Source: Octopus sinensis
Taxonomy: Eukaryota
Direction: 5' to 3'
Length of the DNA stretch: 64,000 nt
Assembly: GCF_006345805.1 (NCBI RefSeq)
Contig: NC_043008.1
Span: 44,950,001-45,014,000 of the forward strand
How positions within the stretch are numbered: position 1 is the first letter of the stretch; the number at the start of each line of letters is the position of its first letter. Both the position numbers and the translations under genes were made by a program. The notes beneath the pieces were generated by a model. The model was not told where the DNA came from. It worked only from the letters and a program-made list of their open reading frames with translations, and made no database searches. Positions 12,671 through 24,862 of the stretch are shown piece after piece.

Positions 12671-13508
12671 ACACCCATAACACACACACTCACACACATA
12701 CGCACACATCTTTTTTTTAAACTGTAAAATACTCATAGTAAGAATGACATTTTTGTGGATTAAACTTCTCCATGTATATTCAGTGCGTTGTTAAAATAAT
12801 GTCAGGCACAACGGATTTCCAACATACTTCACCATTAAAGCGTAATTCTCCAAGGTAGAGACGTTTGTGGATTAGGAGTCTCAAATTCTTAGAGATTTCT
12901 TTCATGTTTTATGGAGAAAACAGTTTTATTCCAGCGTCAATTCTTTTACATTTTGATAAAACAGTATTATTGTTTAAACATTTAAAAAATTTTCTCTAAA
13001 AATAGGGGTTTTTCTCTCTTGTGTATTTCTTTGTTAGCGAAGATTTCATGTTTCCCAAACAAAGTTTTTCTGCAACTCCCACAGAGATATCCAATGCTAT
13101 TCTAGTTTATTGATCTTTGGTAAACGTTTCCCTGCATTAAGATTTCTTACTATTTTCATGATGTCCTCCTTCGATGTCTTCCTTCATTCTGATACATCGT
13201 TTCCCTTCAAAAGTATTAAAATTCTCAAACCATAAATTTTTGCAATGTCTATGAAGAACCTCCAAGACCAGACGTTCAAGATACCTCGAGCACAGTTGGA
13301 GAATCCTGCCGTTCTCATGAATAGCTGGATGACGAATGTTTACGTGTTAGAAGCCAGAGGAATCGTCGATTCGATGCAACAAAAATAAAATAGATAAAAA
13401 CAGAGATAAAACGAAAAATGAAGCATTTCCTAGAGAATTGTCTGACTTGCCAGAAGCCATAATGTTATGAAGAACCTTGGGTACTCTCTCCTCTCCTCTC
13501 TTTCTCTT

Positions 13509-13540
<32 letters not shown>

Positions 13541-13742
13541 CTCTTTTACTCTTTTACTTGTTTCAGTCATTTGACTGCGGCCATGCTGGAGCACCGCCTT
13601 TAATCGAGCAACTCGACCCCGGGACTTATTCTTTTGTAACCCCAGTACTTATTCTATCGGTCTCTTTTGCCGAACCGCTAAGTAACGGGGACGTAAACAC
13701 ACCAGCATCGGGGGACAAACACAGACACAAACACACATACGC

Positions 13743-13773
<31 letters not shown>

Positions 13774-13934
13774 TACGACGGGCTTCTTTCAGTTTCCGTC
13801 TACCAAATCCACTCACAAGTCTTTGGTCGGCCCGAGGTTATAGTAGAAGACACTTGCCCAAGGTGCCACGCAGTGGGACTGAACCCGAAACCATGTGGTT
13901 GGTAAAAAAGCTACTTACCACACAGCCACTCCTG
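13541..13934 (-). mobile_element. SINE family A, near full length
   Basis: Head (tggctgtgtggtaag A-box-like, ggttcagtccc B-box-like), CORE-like ccttgggcaagtgtc, internal (TA)n, tail. Confidence 0.92.
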
Positions 13935-13952
13935 TATATGTATATATGTATG

Positions 13953-14004
<52 letters not shown>

Positions 14005-14141
14005 GAGGGCATTATACATACATGCCAGAAGGCATTATACATACATGCCAAACGCTAAGAGGGACAATTAGTCATTTCTACCAAAAATATTACTAATCCC
14101 ACCGAATGCAATTTTTCAAAGTAAGACATTTAAAAAAATAT

Positions 14142-14189
14142 AGACCTGTATCACAGTGATTTCATACTTACGTACTCATCAGCAGGCCT
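14142..14189 (-). ncRNA. Complete type I hammerhead ribozyme (inverted copy)
   Basis: Exact reverse complement of 14789-14836. Confidence 0.85.
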
Positions 14190-14788
14190 GAATGTATTAT
14201 AAATAAACAACGACCCTGCCCCGCTTAAGCCGATCAGCTAACTGCTCGACATCAACGAAGCACATGGGTGAGTTTACATATATTATATCCGGATAAATGG
14301 CAAACTTTTACGAATTGCATTTCGGGAGAGGAAAAGTTTTTTCGGAATAAAAATTTAGCAATTAAGGACAACTACTTAATAAGGAAAACTTAACAAGAAA
14401 TTGTCAGGTAGATAGCGTAAAAACCTCATAAGAGAAAAAAAGCGTTTGGCATGTATGTATAATGCCTTCTGGCATGTATGTATAATGCCCTCTATATATA
14501 AATTAATATGTTCAATAAGAAATAATTATTTTCGAAATTTTTTCTCTTATGAGGTTTTTACGCTATCTACCTGACAATTTCTTGTTAAGTTTTCCTTATT
14601 AAGTAGTTGTCCTTAATTGCTAAATTTTTATTCCGAAAAAACTTTTCCTCTCCCGAAATGCAATTCGTAAAAGTTTGCCATTTATCCGGATGTAATATAT
14701 GTAAACTCACCCATGTGCTTCGTTGATGTCGAGCAGTTAGCTAATCGGCTTAAGCGGGGCAGGGTCGTTGTTTATTTATAATACATTC

Positions 14789-14836
14789 AGGCCTGCTGAT
14801 GAGTACGTAAGTATGAAATCACTGTGATACAGGTCT
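14789..14836 (+). ncRNA. Complete type I hammerhead ribozyme
   Basis: aggcctg CTGATGA gtac-gtaa-gtat GAA atcac-t-gtgat A caggtct: 7-bp stem I, GNRA-capped stem II, near-palindromic stem III, AUA site (predicted cut after 14829). Confidence 0.85.
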
Positions 14837-15069
14837 ATATTTTTTTAAATGTCTTACTTTGAAAAATTGCATTCGGTGGGATTAGTAATATTTTTGGTAG
14901 AAATGACTAATTGTCCCTCTTAGCGTTTGGCATGTATGTATAATGCCTTCTGGCATGTATGTATAATGCCCTCTATATATAAATAATATGTTCAATAAGA
15001 AATAATTATTTTCGAAATTTTTTCTCTTATGAGGTTTTTACGCTATCTACCTGACAATTTATATATATA

Positions 15070-15125
<56 letters not shown>

Positions 15126-15731
15126 AAGGGTGAAAAGGAACACACGAGTTGATATATATGAAAAAACAAGTCAAAAATAGAAAATGCTAAAATAATTTTA
15201 TAGTGAACATTTCAGTACCGGTTTCGGTCATTTGAGACTTTTTCAACTGTAACGATTAAATAATTAAATTTAGAAAAATTAGAAGAAAAGTTTTTTTAAA
15301 AGAATATTTCTATAGTAGTGTTCAGATTTAAGTGGCATTCTGCCTTTCTCTGACTCCCTTGTTTGCACTTGTGTGTCGGAGGTCGTTGTGAGTTCTTGGA
15401 AGGGTAGTAGAGGAAGAAGGCTGGTGGGGAAAGGGGAATGGGAGAATCTGGGAGTGCCCTGATGGTCGTATTTTGAATGGTCAGTGGCGGCTGGCAGTCT
15501 CAGTTCAATTCAGGAGAATATTTATATTGACAGGCTTGTTTATAGAATTAGCGTAGGTGTTATACTAAAAAACATTAGTGACAAAGTTAAGGGGTAGGGG
15601 GTGGAGAAGTAGAAGAAGAAGAAGAAGAAGAAGAAGAAGAAGAAGAAGAAGAAGAAGGAGAAGGAGAAGATGACGATGATGGTGGTGGTGGTGATGATGA
15701 TTATGACGACGATGATGATGATAATGATGAA

Positions 15732-16800
15732 AGATATGGCAGCCCTTTCTCCATCTACATAGAAAACAACTGGAAGAGATATTTAGATGACTGTTTCATC
15801 CTTTGGCATAAAAATATAGAAAAACTCATAGAATTCCAGAAAATTTTAAACGGACTGGACGTAAACATCCAATTCACGATGGAATATAGCCAACAACAAC
15901 TCCCCTTCCTCGATATCCTCATTAAGAAAGCTAATAATATAATAGAAACAGACATATACTATAAGCCTACAGACTCTAAGCAATATCTTCCATTCAATTC
16001 ATGCCACCCCAGACACACCAGGATGAATATCCCCTTCAATCTAGCAAAAAGGATATGCACTATAGTCTCTAACGCAAACACCAGAGACACACGACTACAA
16101 GAACTAAAAGATACCCTAATCACCAGGAACTATCCACCTTCTCTTATTGACAAGTGCATTCAACGTGCCCTTCAACTTAACATCAAGGAACTGAGACATC
16201 CCAATCAAAGAAAAACTTACAACCAAAAGCCTTACCATACATCTCCACACCAACCCCCTCTCAATAACGAAGCCTTCGACACCATCCTCCACAACATACC
16301 CCTCCTAAAAAAAGACCACAGAATGAACACAATCCTCCAAACACACACGATCATAAAAAGCAAAAGACAGCCTAGATCCATGAAAAGTCTCCTTACACAA
16401 GCCGAATTCACTCCTCAACACAGAAGCCGACAGTAAAAAAATGTGGAAGACCCAATTGCGGGATATGCGACTATCTAATTGAGGGATCAGAGTTCCTTCA
16501 AGCAGGGACAACGGTTTACAGTGAAAAGCAACTTCACATGTGCTTCGGAGAACCTAATATACTCACTAACCTGCTCCGGGTGTCAAGAGCAGTACATAGG
16601 CCAAACAAAAAATGGTTTGCGTAAACGAATGGCCCTGCACAGATCCCAGATAAAAATTCCCCAAAACAGAAAAGTAGCTTTTAGCCAACACATAGATACT
16701 TGCGCCAACAAAAAAACACCAAACTTCAGAATTTTCCCCCTCTACACCAATTTAGGGACGATACAACCTCGAGACAACGAATAAGTAAAGAAAATCTCTT
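15732..16800 (+). pseudogene. PLE reverse transcriptase (motif C to thumb) plus GIY-YIG endonuclease, frameshifted
   Basis: WKRYLDDCFILW, FLDILI, YYKPTDSKQYL..SCHPRH..NIPF, linker CGRPNCGIC, NLIYSLTCSGCQEQYIGQT..LRKRMALH; frameshifts near 16430 and 16495. Confidence 0.92.
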
Positions 16801-17560
16801 TATTACAAAATACAAGCCACTTCTAAACGGGTCTACGACAAACAATTAATATACCTCAACTTTAGAATAAAAGAAAAAAATATATATACACACACAAATA
16901 TTACACTCCATAGAATCCATTACTAATCAGCCCCTTCATAGCTATACTTACACCATTCATATTCCCCTTCTCTGTTTTTTTCTTCTTCTTCTTCTTCCTC
17001 TTTCTTCTTCATCATCATCATTATCATCATCATCGTCGTCATCATCATCACCACCATCATCACCACCATCTTCTCCTTCTCCTTCTTCTTCTTCTTCTTC
17101 TTCATCATCATCATTATCATCATCATCGTCGTCATAATCATCACCACCACCACCATCATCGTCATCTTCTCCTTCTCCTTCTTCTTCTTCTTCTTCTTCT
17201 ACTTCTCCACCCCTACCCCTTAACTTTGTCACTAATGTTTTTTAGTATAACACCTACGCTAATTCTATAAACAAGCCTGTCAATATAAATATTCTCCTGA
17301 ATTGAACTGAGACTGCCAGTCGCCACTGACCATTCAAAATACGACCATCAGGGCACTCCCAGATTCTCCCATCCCCCTTTCCCCACCAGCCTTCTTCCTC
17401 TACTACCCTTCCAAGAATTCACAACGACCTCCGACACACAAGTGCAAACAAGGGAGTCAGAGAAAGGCAGAATGCCACTTAAATCTGAACACTACTATAG
17501 AAATATTCTTTTAAAAAAACTTTTCTTCTAATTTTTCTAAATTTAATTATTTAATCGTTA

Positions 17561-17598
17561 CAGTTGAAAAGGTCTCAAAATGACCGAAACCGGTACTG
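17561..17598 (+). ncRNA. Minimal hammerhead in PLE pLTR, U3-A8 compensatory variant
   Basis: cag TTGAAAA ggtc-tcaaaat-gacc GAA accggt A ctg; the inverted copy at 15213-15249 has a stem II mismatch. Confidence 0.7.
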
Positions 17599-17665
17599 AA
17601 ATGTTCACTATAAAATTATTTTAGCATTTTCTATTTTACTTGCTTTTTCATATTATATATATATA

Positions 17666-17718
<53 letters not shown>

Positions 17719-17734
17719 ATATTATATGTATATT

Positions 17735-17789
<55 letters not shown>

Positions 17790-17849
17790 ATATATATATA
17801 TAGGTATACCCACGCATATATATGTGAGCTGTAAGATGCAGGAGGAAAC

Positions 17850-18020
17850 AGTGAGAGTAAGTCGTGGCGAAAGAATCAGCAGAAGTTCGCCATTACCTTC
17901 TGCCGGAGCCGCGTGGAGCTCAGGTGTTTCGCTCATAAACACACACATCGCCCTGTCTGAGATTCGAACTCGCGATCCTTCGGCAGTGAGTTCGCTACTC
18001 TAAACACTAGGCCATATGCC
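17850..18020 (-). mobile_element. tRNA-derived SINE family C
   Basis: Minus strand ggcatatggcctagtgtttagag (A box) ... gagttcgaatc (B box), then a non-tRNA body. Confidence 0.7.
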
Positions 18021-18354
18021 TCCACACACACACACACACACACACGCACACAAATTTATATATACCTACGTATGTACATACCTATGTATGTATCTATTAT
18101 ATATATATATATATATATACACATATCTATCTATCTATATACATATATGTGTGTGTCTGTATGTGTGCGTGTGCGTTTGTGTGTATGTGTGTGTGTGTCG
18201 TGTGTGTATCCGTTTGTGCTTGTGTCCCTGTCTATGTCAGTATTTAGTGTGTGTGAATATATGTACGAGAGAATTCTACCAACGCATATTCGCCTACACA
18301 CAGCATACTTACATATCCACGTACATATCCACATCCCTTCATAAACACATACTC

Positions 18355-18406
<52 letters not shown>

Positions 18407-18877
18407 ACACACGCACGTCCTCTCATTCCTTTGTGCGTAACAACTTGTAACAACCTTTCATGTTATTTCGGATATTTTCTTTCTGTCTTTTCTGTATTGG
18501 TTAATTTCAGCTCTGTCACTCACAAAGATAAATGTTGGATGATTGATGGCACATTAAGCGGGGCGATAGATCAAATGAATTACGGTGCTTCGATCTAGTG
18601 GGGTGCCGTGACTGATCGATTTACAAGAAACAATGCCTAAATCATCTGTGAGTCACATCCGCCCGACTGACTTCTAAAAACGAAACAGCACGTTGGATAA
18701 TGTTGTCTTACAGTGCCTTGACAGACGGGACGGTCACGCCTTGATCGTCACACACACATCACATAGACACACAGACACACAGACACACACACACACACAC
18801 ATATACAGACGCACACACGCACACACATACGCACACACGCACACACATACGCACACGCGTACAGACACACATGCCAC

Positions 18878-19010
18878 AGTTTCCGTCTACCAAGTAAACC
18901 CACAAGGCATTGGTCAACCTTGGGCTTTAGTGAAATACATTTGATGAGGGTGCTGCGCTGTAGGACTGAAACTGGAAACACGTGGTTGCGAAGCGAGCTT
19001 CTTAACCAGA
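18878..19010 (-). mobile_element. Old SINE family A 5' fragment
   Basis: cagtttccgtctacc...cacaaggcattggtc...cacgtggttgcgaagcgagcttcttaacc. Confidence 0.65.
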
Positions 19011-19525
19011 GCAATTTGAAGTGTTTTAGTTTCGTCCATTTATGTTTTGGGTTCAAAACACTTTATATCCAGGGCCTACCCAAGTATTTATATCGATTTT
19101 ATCGATTGCGCCTTCCCCACGTCCCCACTAGAATTCTATGTTACCCGTATTATAAATCAATACTATATTATGAAACAGTTGTGCTCAATAATTGTAAAAC
19201 TCAAAAACAGACCTGTTGAGATATTGGAGGCAAAATCGTGGAAGTTTGCCATAAAAGAGATCAAAAGAATGGAATGGAAATTAATATTCATGGTTTTTAA
19301 ATTAGCACCAGATCAGCAATGTGTTTGGATTGAAGGAATTCATTCGGTCTCCTGCTCTGCTATTTGGCGGGAACCCTTTATTATACAACTGCAGTGTGAG
19401 GAAAAGAAAAAAACAAAAGAGGGGACTCACATGGGATTTGAACACAAAAATTAAAGTGACGTAATTGAGGCCTGCAACACATTTTAGTCATAACTCTGCT
19501 GTTTTTACTCATCATCCGGCAGTCT

Positions 19526-19541
19526 AATAATAATAATAATG

Positions 19542-19630
<89 letters not shown>

Positions 19631-19650
19631 TATTATTATTATTATTATTT
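19526..19650. repeat. (AAT)n/(TAT)n microsatellite
   Basis: Direct inspection. Confidence 0.95.
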
Positions 19651-19689
19651 CAAGTTTTTACCACAAGGACAGCTTGGGGGAGGTGAGGA

Positions 19690-19848
19690 TGAGTCGATTA
19701 CATCGACCCCAAGTGCTCAACTGGTACTTATTGTATCGACCCCGAAAGGATGAAAGGCAAAGTCGACCTAGGCGGAATTAGAACTCAGAACATAGCGACG
19801 GGCGAAATATCTTATAGCGTGCTAACGATTCTGCCAGCTTGCTGCCTT
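19690..19848 (-). mobile_element. SINE family B
   Basis: gtcgattacatcgacccc...gaaaggatgaaaggcaaagtcgacc...ctgccagcttgctgcctt. Confidence 0.85.
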
Positions 19849-20430
19849 CAATGATAATAATAATACCCGGTGTGGCGTAGTTTTCGCAGGTCCTCTATTT
19901 CTTGTAAGTAGCTGTTATCAACGCAAGGTATATGAATGATCTTCGTCCCCACTGGGGAGCAGAAATCTCGAAAATACATCCAATACGGCCTATTGTTGTG
20001 GTAAGAAACGACGGTAGAGATGGGTATCTCTTGCTGGGTCTTCTACGTACAACATGAAATATTTTGAGCTTTCTTAAGTATCCTAGAATAAGTGCTATTA
20101 AAGGCGATCTTAAAACTTCTTCGTCAGAGACCAGGTTCCAGTTAGATAGAAATGGATGCTCTCTAGACACATCTGAAATGGCCAACTTTGTTGACTTAAT
20201 AATTTCTCAGTGCAAAAAAGAAAAAAAAATAGGCCGAGATCATAACCATTAACGAGGGGTCATCTGTTAGTTTCGTAAAAGGCGGCTAAAAGCGGTTGAG
20301 GTAGGATAAGCAGTCCAACGTCGGAAAACCCTCACCGACCGCGACTAGGCTGGGGGGGGGGCTAACGCCTGGGTGGTGCAAAGATGTTACCCGCCAAGTA
20401 TAGGGAATCATCAACAAATTACAGCTGATA

Positions 20431-20465
<35 letters not shown>

Positions 20466-20943
20466 ATTCCAACAAGGGTACACATCTCAAATGGGGGTCA
20501 GTGACTTGAATATATAGGGTCCTATGTTGCTGAGAGTAAAAAAAGAACTTCCCTGACCTAAAAGAGAGAGTCAAGTCCGGAGTGTCTGCAACAAGCTTCA
20601 AGTGCTGATGTTCAATATCAATCTTTGGTTTAACAAAAGACAATGGAATTTGAATGGCTGTCCAGCTTCGTTCCGAATATCAATATCATACGGATGTTAG
20701 AGTCGCCTATTAATCTCGTACTTTCACAATCATATCTATTTTTAAAATCTCAACATTGAGCTAAATATATCAGACGCGATAAGTACAAAGAATATAACAT
20801 TTTAGACAAAAACAAAGAAAAAGCCAGAAAATATAGAACTTAGTTGAATCTAATGTTGACATTTTTCATGACATTTCTTTTGAAGCATTTAAAAAGAGAA
20901 AAAGAATGGGAGCAAGGAATATTATTTCTAATTTATTATTAAA

Positions 20944-21360
20944 GGCGCAGCAGTGGCAGTGTGGTAAGTAACTTGCTTCCCAACCACATGGTTCCAGGTT
21001 CAGTCCCACTGCGTGGCACCTTGAGCAAGTGTCTTCTGCTATAGCCTCGGGCCGACCAAAGCCTTGTGAATGGATTTGGTAGACGGAAACTGAAGGAAGC
21101 CTGTCGTATATATGTATATATATGTATGTGTGTGTGTGCTTGTGTGTTGGTCTTTGTCCCCCCCAACATCGCTTGACAACCGATGGTGGTGTGTTTACGT
21201 CCCCGTAACTTAGCGGTTCGGCAAAAGAGACCTATAGAATAAGTACTAGGATTACAAGGAATAAGGTCTGGGGTCAATTTGCTCGACTAAAGGTGGTGCT
21301 TCAGCATGGCCGCAGTCAAATGACTGAAACAAATAAAAAGAACTAAAAGAGTAAAGAGTA
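20944..21360 (+). mobile_element. SINE family A, full length
   Basis: Head, CORE-like segment, internal TA/TG repeat, tail ending in aaaagag-type repeats. Confidence 0.92.
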
Positions 21361-21457
21361 TGAGTAAGAGCTGGGTTCGATCGGTAGTTGATGATTAACT
21401 GTGGTGAACCCGAAATATTGATCTTATTACCCAGAAACATTAAAAAGTTGTTTTTTT

Positions 21458-21601
21458 ATAAGGTTGTCCCAAAAGTTCGTAGAAAGTCTTGGAAAATAAT
21501 GGTCTTTATTTTGAGGAATAATTTTTGTTGTTTTTGTTAATACTTGGCGAGTAAAAATTCAATTTTCGCAAGTGTTTACGAACTTTTGGGAGAACCTAAT
21601 A
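21458..21601. mobile_element. Tc1/mariner-derived MITE
   Basis: TIRs ataaggttgtcccaaaagttcgta and tacgaacttttgggagaacctaata; mariner-like TA-AGGTTG terminus. Confidence 0.7.
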
Positions 21602-22171
21602 GTTATCAAAATATATAGAAACACTTCCAGTAAATTTAGTTATTTTGATGACTTGTTTAACCACATTTAAATTACAAGATTCTAGCTTTCGAATATATAA
21701 AACAAATTGATTTTAAACTGTACTGAGAAGAACTTGAAGAAATTACAATAAGGATTGCACTTAAATAAATATTATAACGATTTTATTTCTATTATCTTCA
21801 ATGAAATGTCTTGAACTAACCATTCCGAACGTGTTTAATGTCAATGTTCTCTTGCTTTAATAGGATTTTCCAAGACAATAAATGATCAATCATTTTTTGA
21901 TAAAGATAATTCTGAGACGCCATCTGGACGCTACATAATAGTTTTATTAGAGAAAAATTGTATTTATGTGTGGAGCATTCAAAATCTAATTAAAGATAAT
22001 GAAAAATATTATTAATAATGTTTGTCGATGGTTATTATGTATTCGTATTCTTCGAGCAAGTAGGGGAATTGGTTTCCAGTGATGTTTTAGATTTAATTAA
22101 CCTCATTATCAGTCGTATAGCATCGCCATAATTTGCCCAAGTATCTGCGTACGAATCACTCAATATACATA

Positions 22172-22600
22172 CACGAGGGGTCCCTGAAAAGTCTCTGGCT
22201 TTAAGGGTTTAGCGAAAGACTTGGTTGGAGGAAGGCGGCGAGCTGGCAGAAACGTTAGCACGCCGGGCGAAATGCGTAGCCGTATTTCGCCTGCCGTTAC
22301 GTTCTGAGTTCAAATTCCGCCGAGGTCGACTTTGCCTATCATCTTTGCGGGGTCGATTAAATAAGTACCAGTTACGTACTGGGGTCGATATAACCGACTT
22401 AATCCCTTTGTCTGTCCTTGTTTATCCTCTCTGTGTTTAGCCCCTTGTGGGTAGTAAAGAAATAGGTATAGCGAAAGGCGTGGTTGGAGGCCCACACTTC
22501 CGAGTTATATTACGGGACTTAGAAAAACTGAAGGACTGCTGCAATAAGTGTGTGGATCTGAGAGGGGAATACGAGAAAGCACAAAATGCCATGTGATTAA
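22172..22600 (+). mobile_element. Internally deleted mariner relic interrupted by a SINE
   Basis: TIR-like cacgaggggtccctgaaaagt; the distal part translates to DLEKLKDCCNKCVDLRGEY, like the mariner transposase C-terminus. Confidence 0.6.
22232..22468 (+). mobile_element. SINE family B, full length, with 22-bp TSD
   Basis: TSD tagcgaaagacttggttggagg (22210-22231) vs tagcgaaaggcgtggttggagg (22469-22490). Confidence 0.92.
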
Positions 22601-23011
22601 ATCGGTATTTTTCTCCAACCAAAATATCGACTTCGACTCAGTGTTAAAAATCACATTTTTAAAATCAGAATTTACGTTCTTAGTTTTAAAATCCCACATT
22701 TTGTAGTTTGCAGAATGGGCACTACTTATGTCCTGGGTCGATCTATTTGGCTTTCTCAGCGAAAATCCAAACGACAATGTTCAGATATTCACGTTTGAAA
22801 CGTGTAGAACGCATTTAGAACGAATAAGTAAGCTATTTTCATGAATTATTGCTTGGCAAGCATCAGCACACACCAGGAAATAATTTGTTTGATGATTTTT
22901 ATAAACTGAAAAATATCCTTTCCGCTGGAGGAGGTATACTCCGATGACGAAACACAACAACAGTTGGATTTATCGGCGATAAGACGAATTAGGTCACCAA
23001 TAGGTATGTTA

Positions 23012-23261
23012 CGACAAAATTACCGAACAATAACAATATATTTATATATATATATATTTATATATATATATACACACATACTCTTCCTTGGTCTTCCTTT
23101 TCTCTTCGACTTTCCTCCGTTTCCTGTTTCTGAAGAAGAGCTTTGCTCGAAATGTAAAACATCCTTTCTTTCCTTATCTGAGGGTCTTACAAATACTTTG
23201 CATGTACCACGTCCTCACGGTTTTTTCTTTCTTCTTGTCTTTTTTCTTCGTTTTATTTTTT

Positions 23262-23304
<43 letters not shown>

Positions 23305-23755
23305 CAAGCAATAAGGGTTTAGCACGAGTTGCCTTACCACATACCGAATTTAGAAATAGCAGTCAAAGGGTTATAGGTATTTCTTCTACTAAAAAGGGAG
23401 ATCTCCAGTAAAAACAGCATTGGAAGGCAGACACAAACAGGTAAGAGAGAATGAATTGACTGCAATCTATCATACATTTTTTTAGTATATATATACATAT
23501 ATATATATTATATATATATAATATATATATATATTATATATATATATATATAATATATATGTATATGTCATGTATATATTTATATATGTATATGTATATA
23601 TGTGAAATATATATATATATATTTAATTACCGAACAATAACAATATATTTATATATATATATATATATTTTATATATATACACACATACTCTTGCTGGTT
23701 TTTGCTTTTCTCTTCGACTTTCCTCCGTCTCCTCCTGTTTCTGAAGAAGAGCTTT
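23012..23755 (+). mobile_element. Two direct copies of a PLE pLTR-like fragment (23012-23265 and 23626-23755) in (TA)n
   Basis: Shared aattaccgaacaataacaatatattt...tttctgaagaagagctt; the second copy is truncated inside the hammerhead. Confidence 0.7.
23126..23160 (+). ncRNA. Minimal type I hammerhead motif
   Basis: gttt CTGAAGA a gagc-ttt-gctc GAA atgt A aaac. Confidence 0.65.
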
Positions 23756-23777
23756 ATATATATATATATTATATATA

Positions 23778-23809
<32 letters not shown>

Positions 23810-24523
23810 CTATATATCATACAGCAAGATGAAATGAAAGGGAACATTTCCATACACCCTTCAATTACAAAGAATTCTCCGAACACTGCAATCCAAGACA
23901 TCTCCCTCCCATGTGTTTCATCTCCTTAATGCTAGTCTTTCCCCCAGGTTCTCTCAGTGGCATTATGTATTAATGATACCAAATTGCATCTATTTTGTAT
24001 AAAATCCTCCGTCACTCACTGTTACGTCTCCAATATGTTCCACTTGTGTCTAAGTCAGGTTGATCTTTATTGCTCTCATCAGGGACACATTCCTGCGTTA
24101 ATATTTATCTCACTACGTTGTTTGCTCGCCGTTCTCATAAATACGTCATCTCCTTACACTTCTGTTGGTTAACAACAGAACATTCGATGACATTCTGTGT
24201 TTACAATATGATAAACTAGTTTCTACGTTTCCAATATAACAGTCTCTATGTTTAGGAATTTATAGATAACCTAGAATCTATCTTTATAGTATTTTAACCC
24301 AGTTTATGTATTTAAAAAGCGATAAACTAGTCTCATGCAATAGTTATAAAGCAGAAATAATAAACACATTAAGTCAATATACTTGAAATAGAAAATTGTT
24401 CAACCGCCACTCTGTCTACACGTCCTTAATACATTCTGGTAGATTCGAACGTAAATGTGCTTATAGCTGTTGTTTAGCATTGTCGAAGAAGGAACATCTC
24501 TCTTTGCAGGTTGGGTGTTCATA

Positions 24524-24862
24524 GCTCGCCTCCTTATGAGAGCTCAAAATCTCTCGTGGAAGCGCCATCCAACCAAAATGCAAATATATGGGAAACTACC
24601 ACCTGTGTCATCTCTTGTGAAAGGTAAGAGAGTCCAGTTTGCTGGACATTGTTGTAGAGCTGAAAAAGAGGTAATTTCTCCTCTTCTCCTCTGGAAGTCA
24701 TCTACTCGCAATACCAGAGGGCGCACACTCTCCTACCCTGATGTAATCTCCAGGGATACAGGCATCCAGAAACAGGACCTCCGTAATGCCACGATGGACC
24801 GTGAAGTCTGGCGTAGCATGGTAAATTCCATTGTCTCGACCACGGTCGAACAATGATGATGA
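24524..24862 (+). mobile_element. RTE-group LINE 3' fragment with (TGA)n tail
   Basis: RLLMRAQNLSWKRHPT...RVQFAGHC...RGRTLSYPDVISRDTG...DREVWRSMV*; tgatgatgatga tail; possible TSD tgttcata (24516-24523, 24863-24870). Confidence 0.85.

Larger units (their letters stand above)
13993..15060. mobile_element. Hammerhead-bearing 480-bp tandem unit plus 448-bp inverted copy (retrozyme-like, non-autonomous)
   Basis: 13993-14440 is the reverse complement of 14538-14985 (about 2 mismatches seen); 14441-15060 is a head-to-tail array with period 480 (atgttcaataag at 14508 and 14988); flanked by (TA)n. Confidence 0.8.
15121..17652 (+). mobile_element. Penelope-like retroelement (Neptune-type), 5'-truncated, with inverted pseudo-LTRs
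   Basis: Left arm ~15153-15730 is the reverse complement of ~17108-17652; the interior encodes RT C-terminus and GIY-YIG; embedded in (TA)n. Confidence 0.92.

Noticed and set aside
16923-17232. Acidic D/E-rich and poly-M/K ORFs
   Set aside because: Trinucleotide arrays inside the PLE pseudo-LTR.
19895-20420. Minus-strand 96-aa ORF and GC-richer segment suggestive of a LINE end or HDV-like ribozyme
   Set aside because: No diagnostic motifs, and I could not build the nested double pseudoknot by eye.
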